Shown one piece after another: positions 38,602 to 49,780 of a DNA stretch of 64,000 bases (position 1 is its first letter; each line of letters opens with the position of its first letter). Origin of the DNA: Narcine bancroftii (Eukaryota); NCBI RefSeq assembly GCF_036971445.1, contig NC_091469.1:267592001-267656000 (forward strand). Reading direction: 5' to 3'. The notes under the pieces are model-generated. The model made no database searches. It had not been told where the DNA came from and saw only the letters and a program-made list of their open reading frames with translations. Made by a program: the position numbers and the translations under genes.

Positions 38602-38771
38602 GGCCCCCTTCTCTGTGAACAAGTCAAGTTTAGTTGGTTTGGTTTCTTTCATACATCTCTTCTAATGGCTACATACTTTTTTTATTATATGATTTCAGTC
38701 CATGGCCACCCTAAAATGTGCCGTGGCTCCTGCAGGGGATGGGGGGGTATGGCCCCCATTGAGAATAGCTG

Positions 38772-38890
38772 CTCTAGATGCTAGAAATATAGATTAAATC
38801 CAAACAGAAATGCATAGAAATATTCAGCAGGTCAGACAGGAGATGGTGGCAAAGAAACAGAGTGAATATTTTAGCCCAATTGCCTTTCTT
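38772..38890 (-). mobile_element. Penelope-like terminal-repeat remnant
   Basis: CTCTAGATGCTAGAAAT...AACAGAAATGCATAGAAATATTCAGCAGGTCAGACAG is the same family as 14515 and 33135. A further weak copy lies at about 37005-37085. Confidence 0.5.
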
Positions 38891-41800
38891 TAGAAGTAGT
38901 AGAAAGATTGACTCTCATATAGGTCGAGATTATAGGAAAATGGGAAAGATTTCCCACCCTTGAAATATATATTGTGATTCCTGTTTCAAATGGAACAGGT
39001 CACATTAGTTTTCAATTCAGTATTGAAAATGCTCTTGTCAAATACCAGCTCACACTCAATGGAGATCATTTTAATGTGTTTGAGATTGAAGAGGGAGGTA
39101 GGTTAGGAGAGGAAATGCATAGTGTGGATTGCCTACCTAGAAGGAAACTCTTCATCATTTGTTTCCATTGAAAGTCAAACCATTCAAGAAATATAATACT
39201 GGGTCAATCCATGCCCACTAAATGTCCACTGTGTAGGATTATATATCATATACAGAAAGTAATTGCTTGTGTTTGATCACATATCCAAACATGAGTTACT
39301 GCCATCCAGAAAAATATGGGAGGAAATAGAAAATGAATGGGTTTTTGTAAAATATAATGCCTTTAATATTTTTTTTTAGGTTCTCAGGAAAATCGTCTGC
39401 ACTAGACTTGGAGGAGTTAACTAAGTATAAGCATTATCTGCCAGTCATAAACCACCAGTCAACATTTGGCTGAAATACTGATTTTTTTTCTACTTTTGAT
39501 CAAAACTTTTCAATTCACTTGTAGACCCAGTGGGCAAAATATTTAGCTTGGCACAACAATGCTAACACTGTATGCGCCAACGCAGTTTGACCTGATTGCT
39601 GACACAAGTACAGATTCTGCACCAGCAGCTGTGACAGTGACATTTTCAGTCCTTCCTGTCGAGACACGAGGAGGTTGCCATTGCAGGTATGTATAGTGAG
39701 GGGATGTCAAGCTGGAGAGTTGCCTGAATTGTTTTTTTTGTCCCGTTCTCTCGATTTTCTCAAGCTGAATATTAGATGATGGATAAAGCAAAATATTTTA
39801 AATCAATAAGTCATTTCCCTTAATTCTAAAAAAGATCAAAGTGGTAAGCATGGGGATAAACAAAAGAAACGAATTGTCCATGATGAACATCTATAAATGT
39901 ACAGTGATATATATCCGAAGCTCTGTCCTGTACAGAAAGTTGGATGACAGTGGCTGACAATAAAGTCAAAATAGTAGAATTTCCTCCCTTGAATGTTCAG
40001 CTAGTTTTTTTTTTGCTTAGCCTTAGAAATATCACTGCTGCAAATTAAAGGTGAAAATTTAGCCCAGCTTTGGTTCCAATCTAAATAGATTGAATGTAAA
40101 ACAGATCTTGCAAAGCCTCATTAAAATAATGTTGGTTCTTTATATATTAAACCAATCAAAAATTAGTGTTATGGTATTATGAAAACCAATATGTACCAGG
40201 GTAAATATGTGTAATGAATGCAAATTATTACTGTATAACAGCATTGCAGTATTCAGCTAAAATATGTATCTCTTTTTTGATTATTCAGTTACCATTTTTC
40301 TCAAGAAGGCACACCCAATTATTTTGCAGCATTAAAAGTGTAGTTTTAACAAAACCTATTAGAAGTTCCAAAGGTGCTGACTTCAAGAACAGAGAATTTC
40401 CTCCAAATAACACAATCACTTATGTGCACCTGAAAAATATATCATTTTCTTCTAGGAGCATCACCTTAGAGTAGATCAAAGTTTTGCACCGTATTATTCT
40501 TCTCTGCTTTAAACCAAAGAGATATGCATAATCTCCCAATGTCATATCTGTGTAATATCATCCCTGGTGTCTGCATCTGCCTGATTAGATGATCTGAAAT
40601 GATAACTGCTGCAATATATTTCTGCCATTAACCTCATTAGAGTGTTTTGGGAATGGGGACAATTGCCACTTCCAAGTGTTTACACAAGGACTAACCATGT
40701 GAACCTATTTTTTGAAAAATTATTTTACTCTGGAAAATATGCATGTAATTTAATACGCAACATCATTCCTAAGAAAGTGCAAAGTGCTTGTTTTTTTATT
40801 ATTTTTGTTTTTTTAATAAAGCTAGTTAGAAAAGTTTGGTTTAAAAACAAAATATTTCATTAAACTAAATGAATATATTTCATTTTATTTTGTTGCATCC
40901 TCGGGGAATGTGAAAGGAACAAACAGAAAGAACCTAGGGAGTGGATGGTTCAAACCACAAGCTTTTAGAATGCAAGTCTCCATTAAATGGAGGTCCCAGT
41001 TAAGACATCTTCGTTATCATAATAAACTATCTGCCAATATAATTACTTGAAAGAGTGCTGGGAGGAATGGCCATGAAGATGGAAAGTGTATTTTATACTG
41101 TTAAAAAAAACATTCTTACTTAAGGAATTTATTAGCTTCAAGATGTAAAAAGATATGTAGATTAGATATAGTACATCACTTAGTCACATGGCTATAATTC
41201 GACAGGCATAATTATATTTTAAATAGGATTTATGATGAAAATGGGTCTGTTTTTATTATTTCAGCATTACAGCTAGCTCTTATGTTAAATTTAATAAAAC
41301 AAATGCCATTCCAGTGTTTTCAAATGCTGAATTCTACTCCTCTCAAAAGACAAGGAGAGGGTAAAATACCACAACTAAGCTTTGCCTTTTTAAGATGTGA
41401 AGTCTTGGTCTGCACAGTTTTTAACATGCCAGACTTAAACATTAATTTCTTTTAAGCTGTGCAAACTGAGACATAGTTGATCGTTGATGGCTGATAAACA
41501 CATACCTGATGCAAGCACAGAATACCAGGGCACCAAATTACTGCTCTTTTAACATTAAAATGCAGTTCACAAAACTTTAATAAATTGGTCGTGTGTATAT
41601 CAGAACTCAGCTGTAATAACTATCACCAAATACCTTCAGTGTCCTAAAATTACAACTTTCAACAAGTAAAAGGAGAAAGATGGAAATAATAAAACCACAA
41701 ATAGTGTTTCCATAGGGTTGAGTTCTAGACTGAAAGCTGTGCCTTTACCGTAGAAAAGGGAAAGCATTTAAACTTCATTTTACAGCTGAATTGTGTATTG

Positions 41801-42684
41801 ATAAATTAGCCCCCACTAATGCCAAAGAGGCAAGGTCTGCCTCCATGGAACAGTGTGAGCTTTAGAAAAACCTAGCTGTGAAATAAATCACTGACAGATG
41901 CAGCACTGGTACTTAGAACAATGTCTGTTAGCCTTTGCCCGCTGGTTACACTTGTGGTTGAACTCCATGATAGCTTAGTAATGCTGTTTTTATAGTGTGA
42001 TTGAAGATGACATGGAGGCTGTTCTCAAACAAGGGACCTGAGACCAATGAGCAACATATTGTGCGTTTGGACTCGCTTTGTGCTTCATATATGGAGGTCC
42101 AACTGGGATTACAATGTTTCCAACAACAGCTTTGAGTATGGGCAAGACCTGTGGAGTTTAAATTCCTATACTGGCTGATGAAAAAAGTGCAACATGGGTA
42201 CTGCAACATCATGTACACGCACTTCATGATTAGATGAGTCTCTTTTCTAAATTAGATTGAGATTGTCACCCCATTACTCATGCTGATTTCTTAATTGTAT
42301 TGTAGCATCACAAATTTGAACATCCCACTGTCTGGTCCATTATGAATATAAAAGTTCTATTTTCTTTTCTCATACTGTATATTCCAATTTGAAACCAATA
42401 TTTATACTGACAAATGAGAGATTAACAACCATAAATTTCAAAGTTAATTTCACATTATTCTCTAATCAGAAACAAAGGAAAATGATTATCTGTCTATATG
42501 TGTGTGTGAATATAATATAATGCCATATATCTGCATTCAAAAACATAAAGATTTACTACTGGAGAAGGGCCATTGGGAGAAATTACCCGACAGGCACCGA
42601 TGTGGTTAAAACTAAAGAGAAAAAAAGAATAATGCTTGTGGTTTATGATTCATCTTTCAGAAACTCAGCATGTCACAGAATGCC

Positions 42685-42792
42685 AACTCTTACATCTACC
42701 TGAGAATGTGTGGTAGCTCTTACTTTAAGATCTCATCTGAAGAGCGGGCAATTGCAACAGTGAACGCATTATTTGTTCTGCACTGTGATATG
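42685..42792 (-). mobile_element. DeuSINE (AmnSINE1/SacSINE1-like) core remnant
   Basis: The minus strand CAGTGCAG...CACTGTTG...CTTCAGATGAGATCTTAAAG...TCTCAGGTAGATGTAAG resembles the Deu-domain consensus as I recall it. Confidence 0.55.
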
Positions 42793-42794
42793 GA

Positions 42795-44040
42795 CAACAT
42801 CAATGTGCATTTATATAGCACCTTTAACATAGTCAAGTACATTATATGACCATCAAATAAAATGTAGTAATGGACACATAAGATATTAATGCAGATGATC
42901 AATATGACAAATGTAAATAATTTAAGGGAGCCTTAACAAATGAAAGTAAGGTAGTAAGGAAGAAAGAAAAAATTAAAGCTTTGAATATTTTCAACAGAAG
43001 GCACAGTTTTCAATAATAGAGCAATCAAATTTAGACATACTTAAAAGGTCAGAATTGGAGAAGCACGGATATCTAACATCAGCTATAGAATTGTGAATGC
43101 ACAGGCCATTCAGTCCACCTATCTCCTCACAGAACAACCCTCTTAGCCAATTCCCATCCTTTTAAGAAAAAGATTGCAAATGTATAGAACAACAACACAA
43201 TGGAGGGAAGGATTTGAAAAAAGGGATAATAATTTTAAACATATTGTACATTCACCAGGAATTAACCCAGTCACTCAGCATTGGGGAGATCGATATACTG
43301 AGCACCATGAAGATTTTGCAACAGAGCGTAGGATGGCATAATGTAGACAAGGAAAGAATGATCAAGGATAGCAGTAGTATATTAGAACAGCCATGTGTGG
43401 ATGGAGCAAAATTGTGGATGCGGGTTTCATCAGCAGATGAACAGTGGTGAGAGATGGGTGATAGAAGTGGTCATTGAAACTTGACTCATATAAAATTAAT
43501 GATACTCAGGGGCAAAGGGAGCAATGGATTGAATCAAAAGGTTGGTGTTTGCAACACAATCCAAGACAAAGGCTTTGGTCTTCCCGATATTTAGTTAGAG
43601 CAGTGATCTCAACCTTTTTCTTTCCACTCACATACCACTTTAAGTAATTCCTATGCCATCCGTGCTCTGTGATTAGTAAGGGATTGCTTAAGGAGGTATT
43701 TGAGTGGGAAGGGAAGGTTGAGAATCACTGCTCTAGACCTAAATGTTACTGAAATATTTTGCTTGAGAAGAATTGTCATTAGCCCATTTCCTTTGGAGTT
43801 ATGAAACCGTGCACATAACGAGTCAATTAGGTACGATTAAAACAATAGTTTTCAAACTTTTTCTTCCCATCCACGTACCACCTTAAGCAATCCCTTACTA
43901 ATTCACAGAGCACCTATGGAATAGGGAATACTTAAAGTAGTGCATGAGTGGAAAGAAGAAGGTTGACAACCACTAAATTAGAGGGCATTTGTGCACATGT
44001 AATATAGGATATTTGTAAATTTGGAGACAGTGGTTAATCT
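42795..44040 (-). mobile_element. Old L2 LINE 3' portion, interrupted by hAT MITE copy 2
   Basis: TGCATTTATATAGCACCTTTAAC L2-type tail, then decayed ORF2 (GGTTTCATCAGCAGATGA; GGCTTTGGTCTTCCCGATATTT), continuing after 43983. Confidence 0.6.
43601..43975. mobile_element. Composite hAT MITE, copy 2 (opposite orientation to copy 1)
   Basis: TSD AGTTAGAG/AATTAGAG. Unit A 43601-43730, 112-bp spacer 43731-43842, inverted unit B 43843-43975. Confidence 0.92.
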
Positions 44041-44897
44041 TGATTCTGAAGAGAGATTTGAGTTCAGAAGTTTCCAAAGCAGCGATAAGAGTGGAACCGA
44101 CAAGCTGCCTTCATTAATTTCAAAAAATCCCATCCAGTGATATTCACATCAACACAAAAGACAAATTGCAATTCAATGGGCTGAATAAATGTGTTGGGTC
44201 TAGTAACATGGACCTGCCTAAAGGGCTTGTGACTGAATAAGAAACTGCTGGACAAATATCAGGAATAAAAGACTATTAATGTAATTTTATCCTAACTGGA
44301 TTGAGCTTATTATACATGCATCGATGTGTGCACAATGCTTAATTAAATTTTGAATACTTTGGTAGACTGTCTGAACTCTCAATATAAATAATAAGACTAC
44401 TTGTAGCAAGTTTTATGAAGCCTGTTGGTTTTTCTGTGTTAGTACTCTTTAAACCTGCCATGTCACTGCACTAGTGTTCTGTCCTATTCTATGACAAGCA
44501 TAAGTATTTGCAGATGACCTCACTAACATGGTTCCAGTGCAACAATGATATCATAATATGATTCTAAAATTATAATGTGACTTAAAGAATGGAAAAGGAG
44601 ACAGTAATAGTCACATACCACTCTCCGCTGACCCACCCTCACCTTTTCAGCTCATCTGCTAATGAAACATGTATCCACAGTCCTGTTCCCTTTATAGAAA
44701 GCTGTTTAATTGTAATGCTTCAGATGTGATTCATGCAAGGGTCATATCACTACTCTGTGCAATAATGTTCATATGACTGAAAATGCCTTCTCCAAAATGT
44801 AACTAAATCTTTAAGGAGATGTTTTAAGTTTCAATATATTTTTAAGTAAAAACTGTACTACACAAAATTTAAAACTATTATCAATAATAGTTTCAAT

Positions 44898-45154
44898 CAG
44901 TGGTTCTCAACCTTTTCCTTTTCACTCACTATGCCATCAGTACTCTGTGACTAGTAAGGGATTGCTTAAGGTGGTGTGTGAGTGGGAAGGGAAGGTTGAG
45001 AACCATTGCCCTAGACCCCATTGTCATTGAAATACTTTGCTTGATAAAAATGGTCATCGGCCCATTTCCTTTGGAGTTATGAAACCGTGCACATAATGAG
45101 TCAATTAGGGGCGATTAAAACAGTGGTTTTCAAACTTTTTCTTCCCATCCACTG
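44898..45154. mobile_element. Composite hAT MITE, copy 3 (unit B internally deleted)
   Basis: TSD GTTTCAAT/GTTTAAAT. Unit A 44898-45008, 112-bp spacer 45009-45120, short unit B 45121-45154 ending CCACTG. Confidence 0.9.
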
Positions 45155-46719
45155 GTTTAAATAATCAACAGATCTTTTCCTCAAAGTTAATAAAATTATA
45201 CTGGTGAAACTGTATTGTGGGATCATAGAATGCATTTGTGCTGATTAAACACATAAAAATGGTTTAATTACACCACTAAAATAGAAGATTTGTCAAGTAT
45301 TGACATACTAACCTCAGACAGCACAAAGTTGAGGCTTAGGGCTCCCTTTCAAAGTTTTCGTTTCTCATGGAAATGACTGGTCAGAGATTTGGAAAAAAAA
45401 ATAAGATGTTCAACAAGTCTTTTGTATTTGAATTTTTCGAATCTCTAGGGCTTCTTTTTGAATTACTTTCATAACCTTTAATGGGAATGATAATTATGTA
45501 ATTTGTGATTCTAGTGGTTTTGCGCTTCTTATTTTTTACTATTACTGTACTTTCTCTTTATGTTGCCATGCAACTTTGGAATGGTTTAGGGTTCGGATTA
45601 TATATCATATTTTTGATTTTTTTATTTCTCTTTTTGGTTTTTTTTCTTTTTTTTCAATATATCCTTGAAACAATAAGTTACATAAGGTAAAAGGAAAAGT
45701 CCTGTTAACGTGTTTGCTGACTTTGTAATGAATCAATCATTTTTTTCTGTATGTATCTATTATTATGTAATAAAAATATTGAAAAAGAAAGAAATGTTGA
45801 GCATTCAGGTGAAGTGGAAATCTGACAGATTAATTATGCTCATAGCTGAAGCCTGGACCTTCATTGCAAGTGCATTTTAACAGTCAGTAGAGCCCTTTAT
45901 CTTTATAAAGAATAACTTGGCATAGTTGATAGACAAAATATTTATGTAATCTATGATACTACCTATATAGCAGCCTAAATAAGTACATAAGCATTTAATA
46001 GCTCACAGGAAGGGATTCTTACTGCACAACAAAGTTCCTCAGAAATCTCAAACCGTGATTTCCAATGACAGAATTTTTAATTACATTTTATGGTTGATAA
46101 AGGTATTTTTTTAAATATCCAGTGTATTTTAATTCTAAGTTTCACTGCATCTTTATATTAAGATAACAAGCATTTCAATGAGTGGACAAGATGTTACATT
46201 ATTTGGAGAAATCCCACTGTCATGGTTTTACCTCAGATGGTAAATAACCCATTAACAGGATGCTCATCAGGTCCTAATATGAATGACAGGGGCAAGGCCT
46301 TAACCAAGTCCAGTCAACCATGTCACAGTAAATTTCTATGTGATTATGACCTACTAGGTCAATTTAGTCTGTTGAAAATAGAGTGGAAATGTTTTGAATG
46401 CATCAACACATTTTAAGTCAATGATTTGCAATGATATGGGATATTACTCAAGTGTATTAGTTAATTAAAATTTGACAATATCCAATAATCCGTGTGTACA
46501 GACGTACTCGAACAAGGGAATGACTGCTACCTTCAAATTGTTCCCATCTATTGCTTCACTACTCGCATTCTTGTGTTTTTACTCAATCCGCAAGATTTTT
46601 AGTTGTGAGTCTTTCCATGGTGGTGATAACCATGTTGAATATTTAATGATTGTGCCATTTATATGTATATTTTAGCTTCAGAATGCCCCGGGGAAAATGC
46701 ACTATTGAGGGTCCTAATC

Positions 46720-46862
46720 AACCAGACAAGTTAGGTCCCAAGTTAAATACTTGGGCTGTCTGGAGTAATCTGATCTCAGCTGGAACGATGTTAGGATGTT
46801 TTGCTTTTGTTTCTCACCTCTGATTCCTATCCAATGGCCTCCGCTGGACAGTGCACATCTAG
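46720..46862 (+). mobile_element. Ancient SINE remnant (AmnSINE2-like)
   Basis: AGGTCCCAAGTT...CTGATCTCAGCTGG...CTGATTCCTATCCAATGGCCTCCGCTGGACAGTGCAC resembles AmnSINE2 as I recall it; not verified by search. Confidence 0.45.
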
Positions 46863-48699
46863 GCACTGTATAAAATTAAGATCAATTTCTGTTGTGCTTC
46901 TCTACAATCAATCATACATTTGGATAGATAATGGAAAGTGTACAGAAAGCTGTCAAATCAGACCCTTTCAGAAATGGTCTTTGAGACCAAAAAATATTGG
47001 AAGATTATGTCATCACTCAACTGATTTAGACTATGCGCAGAGGACGTGAGAAAGTCATGAGTCCAAACTATACCTCATGTATTCCAGTGACCATAATTTA
47101 CTCACAACTCTGTTGTTTTTGAGTTATCAAGTCTAGTCATTTGAGAGACATAAATTATGATCCCTGGATGACATATAAAGAATTATATTTCTAATGACTA
47201 GAGAATTTTCAGGCATGAAATACATCTGGTATATATCACATGTGTTGACACACATTAATTTGATACCAATATGCAACAAAAGAAAATTAGGCTTTAGCTA
47301 AAAATTAATGCTGTGGCAATCACTATGTATTTTGTGTAATATATTGAATTCCTGAAATTGCTCTGAATTTAAACTTCACACAAGATTTCTAAAACTCCAT
47401 TTCTTTCTGAGCAAGATTAAGCCATAATTATAATGGCAATATTCATTATTATTGCATTTCATAGTTCACATGGAAATATTGTAAAATGCTTTCATATCCA
47501 CAATACTGTTTTAACTGACAGAAGTAAACTCATTCTACCAACTCTATGAAAATGCCTTTGATCAGATTGGAGGAAGATTTATTCCTTGACTGAAAAATAA
47601 ATTACTGTCTTTTAATTATTATCAATAAGCAACAATTTGTCGATGACGACTTCCATGGACAAAACAATACAGGGTATAAGCCACAAAACTGGAGCTAGGT
47701 AGAGTTGAAATAAATAAATATTCAGTCTAGTTAATAGTGACCACAACTTTCAGTCTTTAAACTGAATCTTTGGCCCATAGGTCACAGAATTGACCTCTGT
47801 GTACAATAATACTCTCAGCCTTCGACTTTGGGTATTATAAATCACTTAATCACTCTGCAACTCTGCAGTCAATAGCTTACTGCTGCAGTCCTCAAATACA
47901 GTCAATATCTGGATCAAATATATCAAGCATCTTGATGAACTCAACATATTCTATTGGATTACAGATTAAATAAAGCATAAGAGTTAAGTGCTACTTGAAC
48001 AGTGCAGTTTGAAAAATGCAGCTGTATGTCTGTGTGCACAAGGTGCAGCCTTGGATCTGTTAATTACAATTAAACTCTCTGAGGATTATAGAAGCATATT
48101 TGCATCATGTTAAGAATACATACACATATAAAATCATCTTCAGGAATGGGCACTTTCTCCCTAGGGTGAAAATAATTAAACATTATTTCGTTTGTATACC
48201 TAATGTTTTCCTTGTGATTAGTCTCCTGTTACAAACTTGAGTATTGAATGTTTAATAAGAAGTATGATTTGTCAGCAAATAATTACTTTGAGATGTTAAT
48301 GAAGTCAAGGTTGCCTCAATTTTATTTCAATGATTCCATGAAAAAATGTCCAAGGCCTAAATAAAATAAAAAGCAACTTGGATTCCATATAATTGACGAG
48401 TATTTTCCATTACACCTTGGAGTAAGTCTTGAGGGCTTGATCATAGCGTTAGGGATCAGAGTGGTTTCAGACGCACAAGACAGAAAATTCTAAGACTATG
48501 TTCAGTTTCTGCCTATTTCCCATTTTTGAAAAGTACACTAGCACTATTTAAAATTGGGGAAACAACACATACTGACAATCAACTACCTAATTTGTTTTCT
48601 CAGTAAGAATTGTTCCCATTTATCTGTTCTATTGGCATACATTTCCAAGTACATTGTTGAAAACTCCTAAATGTTTGTCTTTTGGACACGGTTTAAATT

Positions 48700-49780
48700 C
48701 ACAATATCGTATGCGTACTTTAAACAAACTTTATGACCTGCAGAGAGTTCCCTTCACTCTCTCCCTAACACACGGGCTCGTTTTGCTGGATACTAATATT
48801 GACAACTCCTGCTGATGCCCTGGACTCCGGGCTCTGCAGAATGAACGGGATCTGTGGCTGGAACCGTTTGCAGAAGAATGAATCTTGCAAAAACAAAATC
48901 ACATCTGGGCTATCGGCAAGCCGAGAGGGAGAATCGCCAAAGATCCACCAACTCCGGGCTATTTCGCGAACAAAATCACACACACAAAAGCACTACACAA
49001 CGGTGCTTGTTAAATTAATCAAGCCAAGAAAGCCATATATTTCTCCAATGGGGACGAGTGGGTATTCAGTCCAGTACTGCGTCAAGTGTATGTGGTCGAT
49101 CTTATTTGAGTTGGGTGTTCGCCTCTCGGATCCCCAGCACCACAATGTCCTTTCAGACCCACTCGCTCTGCTGCTTCGACTTGTGCCCGCTGTGATGGGT
49201 AATCTGAGCCTCTGTCAGCAAGCCTCGACCTTAACCCTGTCTGACAGCCCACACTCTTATCCCGGTCGCTGGCAATCTCCTTTCAATCTTTTCACAGTTC
49301 CCCTTTCCATTTACAACTGAAATGTTTATGTCAAGTAGAAGTGTTCTCTGAATCGCAGCGCAGTACTCTACTGTTTTATTTTAACGTTCGTGAAGATTTG
49401 CTCCCGGGCGTCTTTCATTTTCTGTTTCCCATCACTAAAATGTTGTTACCTCTCTCTTTTTTTAATCCTCTGCTCCCTGCTCCTCACCCCCCTTTCTCCC
49501 CCCCACCCCCCCCCCCCCACCCCCGTCTCTCCGCCTTTCTCCTACCTTTCCCTGCACAGATTTTCTGTCCGTTCCAATCGTCAAGCAGTGTTTGAACAGA
49601 CACCCCATATAAAAGTCCCCCGAAGGCGGGGGGGGGAACGGGGGGACACACTTGCTTCTCAGGGGAACATGAACTGAGTCTCTAACACCTGCAATATTTA
49701 ACCTGCATACCCGTGAAATCTGGAGTTTCCAGTATGTTTTGAGTGGGGGGGTCTATCTGAGCTCCGGGATGGAATCTGGA
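48700..49780. promoter_or_regulatory. CpG-enriched segment; possible alternative promoter or enhancer
   Basis: Abrupt rise in CpG density relative to the sequence on its left, with C-runs and G-runs at about 49490-49525 and 49624-49645. Confidence 0.4.

Larger units (their letters stand above)
37292..38771. mobile_element. hAT (Charlie-like) MITE split by an L1 insertion (own sequence 37292-37364 and 38615-38771)
   Basis: TIRs CAGCCATTCTCAA / TTGAGAATAGCTG. 8-bp TSD CTCCAAAT / CTCTAGAT with 2 mismatches. Confidence 0.85.

Noticed and set aside
48799-49320. 173-aa ORF in the CpG-rich segment
   Set aside because: Non-ATG start, no recognisable domain, and expected by chance in GC-richer DNA.
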